A stretch of 64,000 nucleotides of DNA from contig JBJOKS010000004.1 of the NCBI GenBank assembly GCA_046045965.1, forward strand, positions 163,150-227,149. The letters run 5' to 3'. This stretch comes from Cyanobacteriota bacterium (lineage in GTDB: Bacteria; Cyanobacteriota; Cyanobacteriia; Cyanobacteriales; Nostocaceae). Below are positions 51,030 to 60,681 of this stretch, in pieces. The position numbers and the translations under genes are program-made. Position 1 is the first letter of the stretch, and the number at the start of each line of letters is the position of its first letter. The notes below the pieces were generated by a model. It searched no databases and was not told the DNA's origin. It saw only the letters and a list, made by a program, of their open reading frames with translations.

Positions 51030-51770
51030 GTGAAAAACACCAACAAAAAACAACTAATTTATATCCCTAAACCCCAACTAACACGCCGTAAATTCTTACA
51101 AATATCAGGAATTTCCAGCATAGGTGGTTTACTTAGTGGTTGTGGTACACCAGCATTAGAAGACTTAGTAGGTAAACTTTCAGAACCACTAAATCAAAAA
51201 GTTGAAGAACTAATTTTTCAACCCCAAAAACTTGTCCCCGAATTTGCTGTAAGTGAAATTCAACCAGAAGCTTTAATCATTAATAGTTTCCGTGGTATAC
51301 CAATTATTGATGTTGATAAATTTCGGTTAATTATTGATGGTGAAGTAAATAATCCCCTGAGTTTAAGTATGGCAGAAATTCAAACTTTACCTTTAAATTC
51401 TATGATTATTCGTCATGTTTGTGTTGAAGGTTGGGCTGCAATTGTCCAATGGGGAGGTATTCGTTTACGAGATTTAATCGCTTTAGCTCAACCCCAGGAA
51501 AATGTTAAGTATGCTTATTTTAAATCAGCAGATGGTTATTATGAAAGTTGGGATTTAGCATCAGCTACCCATCCCCAAACTTTGTTAGCTTATCAAAAAA
51601 ATGGGGAAAAATTGCCCGTTGAAAATGGCGCACCTTTGCGTTTGGCTTCACCAGTTAAATTAGGTTATAAACAAAGTAAATGGGTAACGCGAATTATTTT
51701 AACTAGTCATTTATCAGCTTTTAAAGGTTATTGGGAAGATCAGGGTTATGAATGGTTTGCGGGGTTGTAA
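51030..51770 (+). CDS. Tat-exported molybdopterin oxidoreductase (sulfite oxidase/MsrP-like)
   Basis: TRRKFL twin-arginine signal with LSGC lipobox; H.CVEGW, GAPLRL..P.K.GYK..KW and GYWED.GY motifs. GTG 51030 is a more plausible start than 50703. Confidence 0.88.
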   Translation: MKNTNKKQLIYIPKPQLTRRKFLQISGISSIGGLLSGCGTPALEDLVGKLSEPLNQKVEELIFQPQKLVPEFAVSEIQPEALIINSFRGIPIIDVDKFRLIIDGEVNNPLSLSMAEIQTLPLNSMIIRHVCVEGWAAIVQWGGIRLRDLIALAQPQENVKYAYFKSADGYYESWDLASATHPQTLLAYQKNGEKLPVENGAPLRLASPVKLGYKQSKWVTRIILTSHLSAFKGYWEDQGYEWFAGL

Positions 51771-51876
51771 ATATTTTACAATTACCGAAATAATAAACCT
51801 TGTTCTTGCTTTGCGACTTTGCTCGAATCTCAATTCATCTCCATGACACCGAATAAAATTTATTAGGAAATTTACA

Positions 51877-53310
51877 ATGAACTTTTTTGATAAATTAAAT
51901 CAGAATATTTCCCAAAATCAAAGTTTACTATTTGTGGGACTTGATCCGAATCCTGAAATGATTCCTAACCGTTATCAATCATCTGATTTAATGATAGGTT
52001 TGGAAAATTGGCTGCAATTTATGATTGCTGAAACGGTTGATTTTGTTTGTGCTTACAAACCAACTTTGGGATTTTATGAAGCTTTAGGTGTTCGTGGTTT
52101 AGAGCTTTTAATCAAAACATTAAATTCTATTCCTAAACATATTCCGATTATTTTAGATGCTAAACATGGTGATTTAAATACTAGCAGTATTTTTGCCCAT
52201 ACAGTATTTACAGAATGGCAGGTAGACGCTGTTACTCTTAGTCCTTATACTGGTCAGGATCATGTTGCACCTTTTTTAGTGTATCCTGATCAAGCAGTAT
52301 TTGTTTTGTGTTGTACTTCTAATCCTGGTGCTGCGATTTTACAGCAATATCCTAATAATAATTCGCCTCTTTATTTACAGGTCGTACAGGAATCAAAAAA
52401 CTGGGGTACTCCTGAACAATTATTTTTAGAAGTGGGAACTACAAATGCAGAAGTTTTAAAATCTGTTCGTTCAATTGCACCGGAAAGAATTATTATGGTG
52501 CGGAGTATTTGGGCTGGTGATGGAAACCTAAAACCAATTTTAGCATCAGGTTTAAATAATAATGGGGATGGTTTGTTAATTCCTGTTCCTCAAGATATCT
52601 TAGGAAGTTCAAATTTATCACAGGAAATTCAATCCTTACGCACAGAAATTAATCATTTTAGAAGTGAATTTATTCATGATGCTTCTAGTTGTGATGTCTG
52701 GTTTCCTGATATTAATGTTAAAGATAAACACCCGCATCAAGATTTGATTGTACAACTTTTTGATATTGGTTGTATTATGTTTGGTGAATTTGTCCAAGCT
52801 TCTGGTGCGACTTTTCCTTATTATATTGATTTGCGGAAAATTATTTCTAATCCGCAAGTTTTTAATCAGGTTCTGAGTGCTTATGAGGAAATTTTAAAAG
52901 GTCTGACGTTTGAGAGGTTGGCTGGTATTCCTTACGGTTCTTTACCTACTGCTACTGGTTTATCTTTGCGTTTACATTGTCCGATGATTTTTCCTCGTAA
53001 GGAAGTGAAAGCACATGGTACACGCAAGGTAATTGAAGGTAATTTTCATCCTGGGGAAACGGTTGCGGTGGTTGATGATATTCTCATCAGTGGTAAAAGT
53101 GTGATGGAAGGAGCAGAAAAAATCAAATCAGTGGGATTAAAAGTTAATGATATTGTGGTTTTTATTGACCATGAACAAGGTGTAAAAAATAGGTTAAAGA
53201 CTCAAGGTTATAATGCTTATTCTGTTTTAACTATTTCGGAAATTGTCAATACTCTGCACGAAGTAGGAAGAATAAATGATGAGCAATTTTTAGCTTTTCA
53301 GGAGAGTTAG
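51877..53310 (+). CDS. pyrF: Bifunctional orotidine-5'-phosphate decarboxylase/orotate phosphoribosyltransferase
   Basis: VGLDP, K...GFY and LDAKHGD (OMPDC); SG...PYYIDLR, RKE.K.HG and VVDDI..SG.S (OPRT). Confidence 0.92.
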   Translation: MNFFDKLNQNISQNQSLLFVGLDPNPEMIPNRYQSSDLMIGLENWLQFMIAETVDFVCAYKPTLGFYEALGVRGLELLIKTLNSIPKHIPIILDAKHGDLNTSSIFAHTVFTEWQVDAVTLSPYTGQDHVAPFLVYPDQAVFVLCCTSNPGAAILQQYPNNNSPLYLQVVQESKNWGTPEQLFLEVGTTNAEVLKSVRSIAPERIIMVRSIWAGDGNLKPILASGLNNNGDGLLIPVPQDILGSSNLSQEIQSLRTEINHFRSEFIHDASSCDVWFPDINVKDKHPHQDLIVQLFDIGCIMFGEFVQASGATFPYYIDLRKIISNPQVFNQVLSAYEEILKGLTFERLAGIPYGSLPTATGLSLRLHCPMIFPRKEVKAHGTRKVIEGNFHPGETVAVVDDILISGKSVMEGAEKIKSVGLKVNDIVVFIDHEQGVKNRLKTQGYNAYSVLTISEIVNTLHEVGRINDEQFLAFQES

Positions 53311-53333
53311 TTTTTCGGTAAATTACAACACCC

Positions 53334-53397
53334 AGATCCCTGACTTCTGACATGAATTTATAGTATATTGACAATGTTTAAAAAGAAGTTGGGATCT
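53334..53397. repeat. REP-like inverted repeat AGATCCC(T)GACTTCT...AGAAGTTGGGATCT
   Basis: Related copies at 39720-39750 and 56021-56055. Confidence 0.65.
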
Positions 53398-53478
53398 TAT
53401 TCTCAATTCCCTGCCTAAATTCTTATATATGTGAACAGAAAAACTTATAGGTTATTTTTGGAGATTTTTAGGAAAAAC

Positions 53479-53520
53479 GTAGTTATTGTTACATACAATC
53501 ACAAAAACGATGGTTAACAT
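53479..53520 (+). promoter_or_regulatory. NtcA-activated class II promoter (GTA-N8-TAC-N22-TAN3T)
   Basis: GTAGTTATTGTTAC (53479-53492), exactly 22 nt, then TAACAT (53515-53520); A-rich sequence upstream. Confidence 0.65.
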
Positions 53521-53763
53521 TAGAAAAATCTTGTACTGGAAGAAAGCATTTTGAGAACAACCTTTTTGTTCTGTGTTTATCTTCTTATCTTGCGGAGAAC
53601 CGCATATAGGAGTCTATCTTCTTTTTGAAATTTACCTGAGTTTAATAATATCAAATTCCTCTGGTCTAATCTTTTAGACTCATAATTTCTCTCACAAGAA
53701 TGAGGCAGGTATTCACAAATTCCTGTCATGATGCAACATAAGCTAAACGCAAAGGAGTTTACC

Positions 53764-54021
53764 ATGCAGCGACAAATGTGCTGGTTATCTAAGTCTAGCG
53801 GCGATGGCGAGAAAATTCTACATTTGCAGATTTCTCCTGGTCAACCTTGGCGGCCTTATACGGCGTTTCCTCAATTTTCAGTTCCAGATTATCAAATACC
53901 CGGTGGGTCTAAGGGTTGGGCAACTTATCAAAAACTCCTGAAAGCTGGTTGGAGCTTAGTTCCTAGCGCACGGGCAAATGAGTTTAGCAATGATTTGGCA
54001 GAGTCAAACGTGCAGCATTAA
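53764..54021 (+). CDS. Small hypothetical protein (85 aa)
   Basis: AAGGAG RBS then ATG at 53764; Trp/Pro/Tyr-rich WRPYT...PDY..P.GSKGWATYQKL.K.GW. Confidence 0.75.
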   Translation: MQRQMCWLSKSSGDGEKILHLQISPGQPWRPYTAFPQFSVPDYQIPGGSKGWATYQKLLKAGWSLVPSARANEFSNDLAESNVQH

Positions 54022-54391
54022 TAACCTTTGGCTAAACCTTCACCACGGGGATCTGCGGCTCCTTCTAAGGTATCATTTCCTGTAACAGCAATTGCATTGG
54101 CATTACCCCAAGGTGCGGTTTCTCTGATTTTCTGTCCCCGACTGCGTAAGTCTTGCAAGGTTAACGCATCTAAACCCCATACTTCCACTCGCAACACATC
54201 GGGTAGCCACTGGTGATGTATGCGTGGGACAGATACGGCTGCACCAACATCCATTTTGTATTCCAAAACATTCAGTATTATTTGCAATACTTGGGTGATG
54301 ATGGTGCTACCTCCGGGAGAACCGACGGCTAAATGCAAGCGGTTGTTTTCGGTGACATTGCACCAGGAATTACTTTACCATTAGCATCTAA
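54018..54391 (-). pseudogene. ggt: Gamma-glutamyltranspeptidase remnant with a large internal deletion
   Basis: C-terminal GSPGGS.I...V.Q, PRIHHQWLP and GAADPR.EG motifs. An out-of-frame upstream fragment, LDANGKVIPGA, resembles the GGT large-subunit N-terminal region. There is no start codon and no catalytic Thr segment. Confidence 0.85.
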
Positions 54392-54533
54392 TAGTGGACT
54401 GGGGAATTGTAAAATTATTTAGTCATCTTTAGATGACTTTAGCTATTAGCAAGGAAATTTATTTCCTTGCGGGTTATTGGCAAAATCTAAAAATACAGAA
54501 CAAAATTAATTAGAAATTACGAATTACAAATCA

Positions 54534-55265
54534 TTAGCGACTCACAAAAACAAACCCCCGTGTCTTTCCAGAACTTGAATCACCTGTATTCATCGCTTTA
54601 TATAAATCAGCAGCTTTCACCCAAACAGGTGGATATTTATAACGGGAAACATCGAGAATCAAAAATCTATCTGTCGCCTCATTATATGCTGCCAAAGGCG
54701 AAATATGACCGCCTCTTTCCTGTCCTATTTCTTTACGTAAATAGTTAACTAAAACAAAATTACCTGGTTGCTTTAAATTCTCTATTGCTAATTTTCTAAA
54801 CTCTTGTAAATTACTGTCACCAGCATGATAAACTTTGATTTTTACACCATCATAACTTGCTAATAATCCTCCTAACTGTTGTAAACTCATTCCACTACGA
54901 GCAACTTTTTCTTGTGTGATAACTTGTTGCGTTTTTGGATTATTAAAAAAGTTATCTTGAGTAAATAGTTTAAATTCTCTATACTCTGGGGTTTCTGGTG
55001 CAGGAATTTTTAAACTGTTTAAAACCATCACAATACTTGCAACTCCACAATAAGCAAGATTATCTTGAGTGACAAACTGCATACTTAAAGGAAAAAAATC
55101 ATCTTTTGATTTACTACTAATTAATAATGTTTCGCCTTCAGGAGTATCAAAACCAATTAAATTAGATGCCAGAGGTAATGTTTGAGCAATGACATTTCCA
55201 GCAGCTAATGACAACCCTATAATTAAAGTTTGAACAAGGATTTTGAGATGATTTTTGTGGTTCAT
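54534..55265 (-). CDS. Phytochelatin synthase-family protein (prokaryotic, exported)
   Basis: Q...AYCGVAS (Cys), GGHISP (His), ILDVSRYKYPP.WV (Asp) and RGF motifs. Confidence 0.93.
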   Translation of the reverse strand: MNHKNHLKILVQTLIIGLSLAAGNVIAQTLPLASNLIGFDTPEGETLLISSKSKDDFFPLSMQFVTQDNLAYCGVASIVMVLNSLKIPAPETPEYREFKLFTQDNFFNNPKTQQVITQEKVARSGMSLQQLGGLLASYDGVKIKVYHAGDSNLQEFRKLAIENLKQPGNFVLVNYLRKEIGQERGGHISPLAAYNEATDRFLILDVSRYKYPPVWVKAADLYKAMNTGDSSSGKTRGFVFVSR

Positions 55266-55429
55266 TTTTAAATCAAAACGGTTATATGCGTTTTTTGGTA
55301 GAATTGTACAATGATAGATTAGTTAATATTTTTTCATGGTTGGGCATTACTATATAGTATATATTCTAAATTTAGAGTTATTCAAGACTCAGAAATAAAA
55401 TAAATAAAAATTTTCCAGAGATATTCAGA

Positions 55430-56004
55430 ATGCACCAATTTTTGCTGAAAAAAGTTTTGTTGTCTACCAGTTTCTTGGTTTTCATTTTTCAATCAATACA
55501 ACATTTATCAGAAAAATATCAAAAAATACCTACGCCCTTAGTAGAGCGAGCTAAAATTGAACAGTGGGTAATTTTTGCCAATGCTACCCTAGCACCAGCT
55601 TTGTTTATAGCAGAAAAACGTGAAAAGGAAATACCAGTTTTACTCACTGCACTGAATCAAATTTTGCAACAACAACAATTTGTATTAGGTAAGAAACTGA
55701 CTGCTGGAGATATTGCTGTTGCTTACTATTTGTATGCTGCAAAAATACTTTTATCGGTCAATTATAATCAATATCCTGGGATTGTTTCATATCTTGATCA
55801 AATATCAGCAAGGGAGCATCCCAATTTTGAAAAAATAACCGCAGCAACACCAAAAACTCTCTAAAAATCTCTTACCTTCGTGTTCTTCGTACCTTCGTGG
55901 TTCGTTCATTTCACGTCTTGACCTCAAGCAAAAAATAAACTTACACATTTGGGATGCTCCCATCAGCAAGACCAGCATTTAAAAATACTGTAGGCAAGCG
56001 GTAA
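55430..56004 (+). pseudogene. Glutathione S-transferase remnant, 5'-truncated and MITE-interrupted
   Basis: EKY, ERA...QWV.FANATL and T.GDIAV GST C-domain motifs. The native tail SARPAFKNTVGKR* resumes at 55969-56004 after the insertion. The N-terminal thioredoxin-like domain is missing. Confidence 0.8.
55812..55961. mobile_element. 150-bp MITE with 13-bp TIRs and 8-bp target-site duplication
   Basis: GGGAGCATCCCAA (55812-55824) and TTGGGATGCTCCC (55949-55961); ATCAGCAA at 55804-55811 and 55962-55969. Confidence 0.9.
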
Positions 56005-56102
56005 TTTGCATTTTAGTTTATAGATCCCTAACTTCTTTGAGAAGTCGGGGATCTAGGTCAAGTTTATGTTATGATACCAACTAAGTTGGAATTGTACAAA
56101 CT

Positions 56103-57911
56103 ATGGCACAGGACTTATCACCCCTCTGGATATCGTTAAAAACCTCATTTTTAGCGACGTTCATCACCTTTTTTTTAGGTATCGCTGCTGCTTATTGGAT
56201 GTTGGAATATCGAGGTAAAGGGAAATCTATCATTGAGGGAATATTCGTTGCACCGTTGATTTTGCCACCTACAGTTGTCGGTTTTTTACTGCTGCTATTT
56301 TTTGGTAAAAATGGTCCTGCTGGTAAATTATTAGAACCTTTTAACCTAACAATTGTATTTACTTGGTATGGTGCTGCTATAGCTGCAACTGTGGTTTCTT
56401 TCCCATTAATGTATAAAACTGCATTGGGGGCTTTTGAACAAATTGATAGTAATTTATTGCGAGTTGCCAGAACTTTAGGTGCAAAGGAATTTACAATATT
56501 TTGGCGGGTGAGTTTACCTTTAGCTTTTCCTGGTATTTTAGCAGGTGCAACTTTAGCTTTTGCTCGTGCTTTGGGTGAGTTTGGTGCAACTTTGATGTTA
56601 GCCGGTAACATTCCTGGACAAACGCAGAATATACCGATGGCGATATATTTTGCTGTCGAAGCTGGGGATATTAAAGAAGCTTGGTTTTGGGCAATTGTTA
56701 TTGTGTCAATTTCTTTAACAGGAATAATTTTAACTAACTTCTGGCAAGAAAGCAAGCATAAATTTAGACGCAAAAATCAACCAGAAGTTCAACGAATAAA
56801 ACCAGAAAATCAATCTTTTTCTTCACCTACCAATTCTTCTACATCTGGCTTATTTATAGATATTGAAAAAAAACTATCAAGTTTTCATCTGCAAATTGCC
56901 TTTACTACAGATAATCAACCTTTGGGATTATTGGGAAGTTCTGGTGCAGGTAAAAGTATGATTCTTCGTTGTTTGGCAGGTATAGAAACACCAACCAAAG
57001 GAAGAATAGTATTAAATAATAGAGTTTTATTTGACTCAGAAAAAGAAATTAATGTTCCTGTACGTGAGCGAAAAATAGGGTTTCTATTTCAGAATTATGC
57101 TTTATTTCCCCATCTAACTGTCGCGCAAAATATCGCTTTTGGTTTACCCAAAGAATTATCAAATGGAAATATCAAATTAGAGATAGAAAAACAATTAATA
57201 GCCATGCACTTAGAGGGTTTAGGAAATCGCTATCCGCACCAACTTTCAGGAGGTCAACAACAACGAGTAGCTTTAGCTAGGGCTTTAGCAAGTCAACCAG
57301 AAGCTTTACTTTTAGATGAGCCATTTTCTGCCCTTGATACACACTTGCGAAGTCAGTTAGAACAACAAATGACAGAGACTTTAGCTGAATATTCTGGTGT
57401 GACTTTATTTGTTACTCATAATATGGAAGAAGCCTATAGGTTGTGTCCTAATTTATTAGTATTGGAACATGGAAAAGAAGCTCATCATGGTTCTAAATAT
57501 GAGATTTTCCAACATCCTGCAACTATGAATGTTGCCAAAATAACGGGTTGTAAAAACTTTTCTCGTGCTGCTTTTATATCATCTCAAAAAGTAGAAGCAA
57601 GTGATTGGGTTTGTACTCTGGAAGTTGTAGAATCAATTCCAAATCAATTATCTCACATTGGTATTCGCGCTCATCAAATTAGTTTTAGCAAAGACCCAAA
57701 TCAAGAAAATACTTTTCCTTGTTGGTTAGTCAGAACTAGCGAAACACCGCACCGCATGACCTTATTTTTAAAATTACATTCTCCTGCTAATAATCATCAT
57801 GATTATCACCTGCAAGCGGAAGTTTATAAGGAAAAATGGGTGACAATTAAAGACAAACCTTTTCCTTGGTATGTACATCTAGATCCTGTGCGGTTGATGT
57901 TAATGGAATAG
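56103..57911 (+). CDS. modB: Molybdate ABC transporter fused permease/ATPase (ModB-ModC)
   Basis: PL.LPPTV.G and FARALGEFGAT.M.AGNIPG (ModB); GSSGAGKS, LSGGQQQR and LLDEPF (ATPase). Confidence 0.92.
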   Translation: MAQDLSPLWISLKTSFLATFITFFLGIAAAYWMLEYRGKGKSIIEGIFVAPLILPPTVVGFLLLLFFGKNGPAGKLLEPFNLTIVFTWYGAAIAATVVSFPLMYKTALGAFEQIDSNLLRVARTLGAKEFTIFWRVSLPLAFPGILAGATLAFARALGEFGATLMLAGNIPGQTQNIPMAIYFAVEAGDIKEAWFWAIVIVSISLTGIILTNFWQESKHKFRRKNQPEVQRIKPENQSFSSPTNSSTSGLFIDIEKKLSSFHLQIAFTTDNQPLGLLGSSGAGKSMILRCLAGIETPTKGRIVLNNRVLFDSEKEINVPVRERKIGFLFQNYALFPHLTVAQNIAFGLPKELSNGNIKLEIEKQLIAMHLEGLGNRYPHQLSGGQQQRVALARALASQPEALLLDEPFSALDTHLRSQLEQQMTETLAEYSGVTLFVTHNMEEAYRLCPNLLVLEHGKEAHHGSKYEIFQHPATMNVAKITGCKNFSRAAFISSQKVEASDWVCTLEVVESIPNQLSHIGIRAHQISFSKDPNQENTFPCWLVRTSETPHRMTLFLKLHSPANNHHDYHLQAEVYKEKWVTIKDKPFPWYVHLDPVRLMLME

Positions 57912-57939
57912 TCAGATTTTGAATTTTGGATTTTGGATT

Positions 57940-59196
57940 TTATTTTTTCAGCAACAAATAAAATAACTGTCCATCGCTGACTGTCACCCCAGCGCGATCG
58001 CCAGCAATATCTCCCGTTCCTAAATAATAATCTACTCTACCTGGTCCTTTTATTGCTCCTCCTGTATCTTGATCTAAAACAAAACGGCTCACTGTTCTAT
58101 GTTCTAATTTACCATTATTAACAAAAGGAAAAGGTGCGCGAATTAAAGCTAAAGCACCAGGCGGCATTAAAGATTTATCAGTAGCTATAGAACGTTCTGG
58201 AGTGAGTGGTACACCAACAGAACCGTGTGCCGATCTACCGTAGGTTTCTCTAAAAAAGACAAAGCTATTATTTCTCGGTAAATAAACATTTAAATCTTGA
58301 GGATTTTTTTGGAAATACTCAAAAATTGTCGGCATGGTTACGCCATTTTCTGGTAATTTTCCTGCCTCTACTAATGTGCGACCTAAACTTTTATAATTAT
58401 GGGCTGTATTCCCAGCATATCCTATACTTGTGACTGTTCCATCTGTTAATTTTAATCTGGCAGAACCTTGAATTTGAATAATATAAGGTTCAAATCTGTC
58501 TCTAAACCAAAATAATTCTAAACCTTTTAATTTACCTTGAGAACCTTGTAAACCATCTGCACCTTCTAATTGTAATCGGGTGGGATGAGGTCTAGTCCAA
58601 GATCCTAAATCTGGTGGTAGGCGATAAACAGGATATTTAAATTCTTTGGTCGGTTTTCTACTCGCTAAATATAATGGTTCATAATAGGCAGTAAATAAAA
58701 CTGTACCTTGACTATCTCTGCCGATAGATTGATAATAAATAAACTCTTTTTCAATCGCTGCTTGTAATTCTTGAGGCGACTTAGTTGATAATACTAATTG
58801 TCGGAATCTTTGCAAACTACGATAAACCCTATCTCTGGTAATTCCAGGGATTTTATACCTTTGATAAGCAGCCGCAGCGCGACCTGTTCTTAAATATCTT
58901 AAACTCTGATCAATAGATTTTAGTAACGCTTTTTTATCTGCTATTTTTTCCTGTTCACCACCATAAATTCTTGCATCTAAACACGAAGCATCATTTTCAC
59001 AACAACCAACTGGTAATCTTTGCACAAGTACAGGTAACTTTTTGGCATTTTCAGTTTTTCCAGATGTGGGTAAATTCCACTTAGTTACTTGACATTCTGG
59101 AGGAATACTATCTTTATTTTTTATTGCTGGCATTTCCAGGAAAAAAATCGTCAAAAAAAATGGTAAGCTAATAGTCGTGTTCAATATCTTTTTCAT
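57940..59196 (-). CDS. mltA: Membrane-bound lytic murein transglycosylase A (MltA/3D domain)
   Basis: TAYYEP, QIQGSA, SFVFF, SIA.D and DTGGAIKG.GRVD motifs. Confidence 0.92.
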   Translation of the reverse strand: MKKILNTTISLPFFLTIFFLEMPAIKNKDSIPPECQVTKWNLPTSGKTENAKKLPVLVQRLPVGCCENDASCLDARIYGGEQEKIADKKALLKSIDQSLRYLRTGRAAAAYQRYKIPGITRDRVYRSLQRFRQLVLSTKSPQELQAAIEKEFIYYQSIGRDSQGTVLFTAYYEPLYLASRKPTKEFKYPVYRLPPDLGSWTRPHPTRLQLEGADGLQGSQGKLKGLELFWFRDRFEPYIIQIQGSARLKLTDGTVTSIGYAGNTAHNYKSLGRTLVEAGKLPENGVTMPTIFEYFQKNPQDLNVYLPRNNSFVFFRETYGRSAHGSVGVPLTPERSIATDKSLMPPGALALIRAPFPFVNNGKLEHRTVSRFVLDQDTGGAIKGPGRVDYYLGTGDIAGDRAGVTVSDGQLFYLLLKK

Positions 59197-59279
59197 GAAA
59201 TTAATCTATTTTTTCAATTTCTGATTTTACAATTATTCTGAATCCTGATTCCTGACTCCTAAATCCTAAATCCTGAAAT

Positions 59280-60593
59280 TTACTCATTCATATTATGGTA
59301 TGTAGCAACAGCAGAAGGAGAAATACGATTCAAATAACGGAAAATCCAATATTTGAAAATTGTATCTAAAATCACGGGAAATGTAGCAATGAATAAGAAA
59401 ATAAAATCACGATTTGCTGGTAAACCCCAATGACGTGATAAACCTTCCAGAATTACTTCCCAACCGTGGGGAGAGTGGAAGCCGACAAAGACATCAGTGA
59501 ATAATATAATAATAAATGCTTTGGCACTATCACTCAATCCATATACTACATGATCAAAGAAATCTTTGAGAACAGAGATAGAAGACTTGCTGATAATTAA
59601 AAGCCAGATAAAAGCGACTACAGAAAAGATATCTGCAAATACATTTTTAATAGCGTTAGCACTTTCACGCCGAAACTCCTCTGCTACCTCCTGTGCTTTT
59701 TCCTGCATTTGGATTTCTAAAGCTTCAGATGACAGCAGAGGTGCATCACTAATCATGTTTTCAAACTTGATTCTTTCTTCAAATCTTTGCAGTTCTACCA
59801 ATGCTTCTTCTTCCATTTCTTCGTTAATAAAAATCTCCTGCGTTTCTGAATTTCTAAAATTCTCAACTAACGGACCTACTACCACAGCCTTAGCTATTTG
59901 ATGGGTCAGAAGGGGAATAATTATTAATAGTAAAATAAATCGAACCGAAATAATTGTAATTCTTTGATTCTGGCGAAAATTCTGTACTACTTCTTTTTCA
60001 GAACTGGGATCTAATTCCGCTTGTAGACGAGTAATAGTTGTTAAAATTGACCGAGGTAAAACCCCTGTAGAATCTGTCTTGCGTTTTGGTTTAATCTCGT
60101 GGTTTTTAACTGATATTTTTGGTGTATTTGGTTGCCTAATATCTTGATTTTCTGCTACAATTATAGATGGATTAACTCTATTGATAGCACTGGTTTCTAA
60201 ATTATCATTTGTATATTTACCAATGACTTGATCGATAAATTCTAACTTTTGTAAAACTAACGCAGCACTAGGATATTCTATACCTGCTTTAGCTGCTGCT
60301 TTTTGCTTAGATTCATTGGAAAACCAACGGCTGGCTTTAAACTCTGTCAACCGCATCCGCACATTTTTTAATAATTTCTTTAAATCTGCTTGAAAATAAT
60401 CCATGACACTACTACTGTACATAGCAGCATCAAGGCTGATTTTATTACCATTAAAATGATTATCTTCGATTTCCTTAATCTTTAATGCTGATTTATAAGC
60501 TTCCTCCAAAGAACGTTCTGGAGTCAGTAAGTACCATCTGTAAGCAGACAGTAGAAAAGAGTATATTTTTTGACTAAACACAGGGTTTTTCAT
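59280..60593 (-). CDS. pxcA: Proton extrusion protein PxcA (CemA family)
   Basis: TPER.L..AY, LPRSI, LSDSAKAF.IIL.TD.FVGFHSPHGWE and FRYLNR.SPS motifs. Confidence 0.95.
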   Translation of the reverse strand: MKNPVFSQKIYSFLLSAYRWYLLTPERSLEEAYKSALKIKEIEDNHFNGNKISLDAAMYSSSVMDYFQADLKKLLKNVRMRLTEFKASRWFSNESKQKAAAKAGIEYPSAALVLQKLEFIDQVIGKYTNDNLETSAINRVNPSIIVAENQDIRQPNTPKISVKNHEIKPKRKTDSTGVLPRSILTTITRLQAELDPSSEKEVVQNFRQNQRITIISVRFILLLIIIPLLTHQIAKAVVVGPLVENFRNSETQEIFINEEMEEEALVELQRFEERIKFENMISDAPLLSSEALEIQMQEKAQEVAEEFRRESANAIKNVFADIFSVVAFIWLLIISKSSISVLKDFFDHVVYGLSDSAKAFIIILFTDVFVGFHSPHGWEVILEGLSRHWGLPANRDFIFLFIATFPVILDTIFKYWIFRYLNRISPSAVATYHNMNE

Positions 60594-60681
60594 CCTCAAT
60601 GATCATCTCAACATGATTTGGTGGTTCTTAAACTTAAGTTAACGCAGAAATTATACTAACAAAATTATAAGGAGTATATTT

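Noticed and set aside
56192..56773. 193-aa antisense ORF and other short ORFs nested in real genes
   Set aside because: They are shadow frames of well-supported genes with no independent motifs.
51877..57911. PyrF-PyrE and ModB-ModC fusions as novelties
   Set aside because: Both fusions are already familiar in cyanobacteria.
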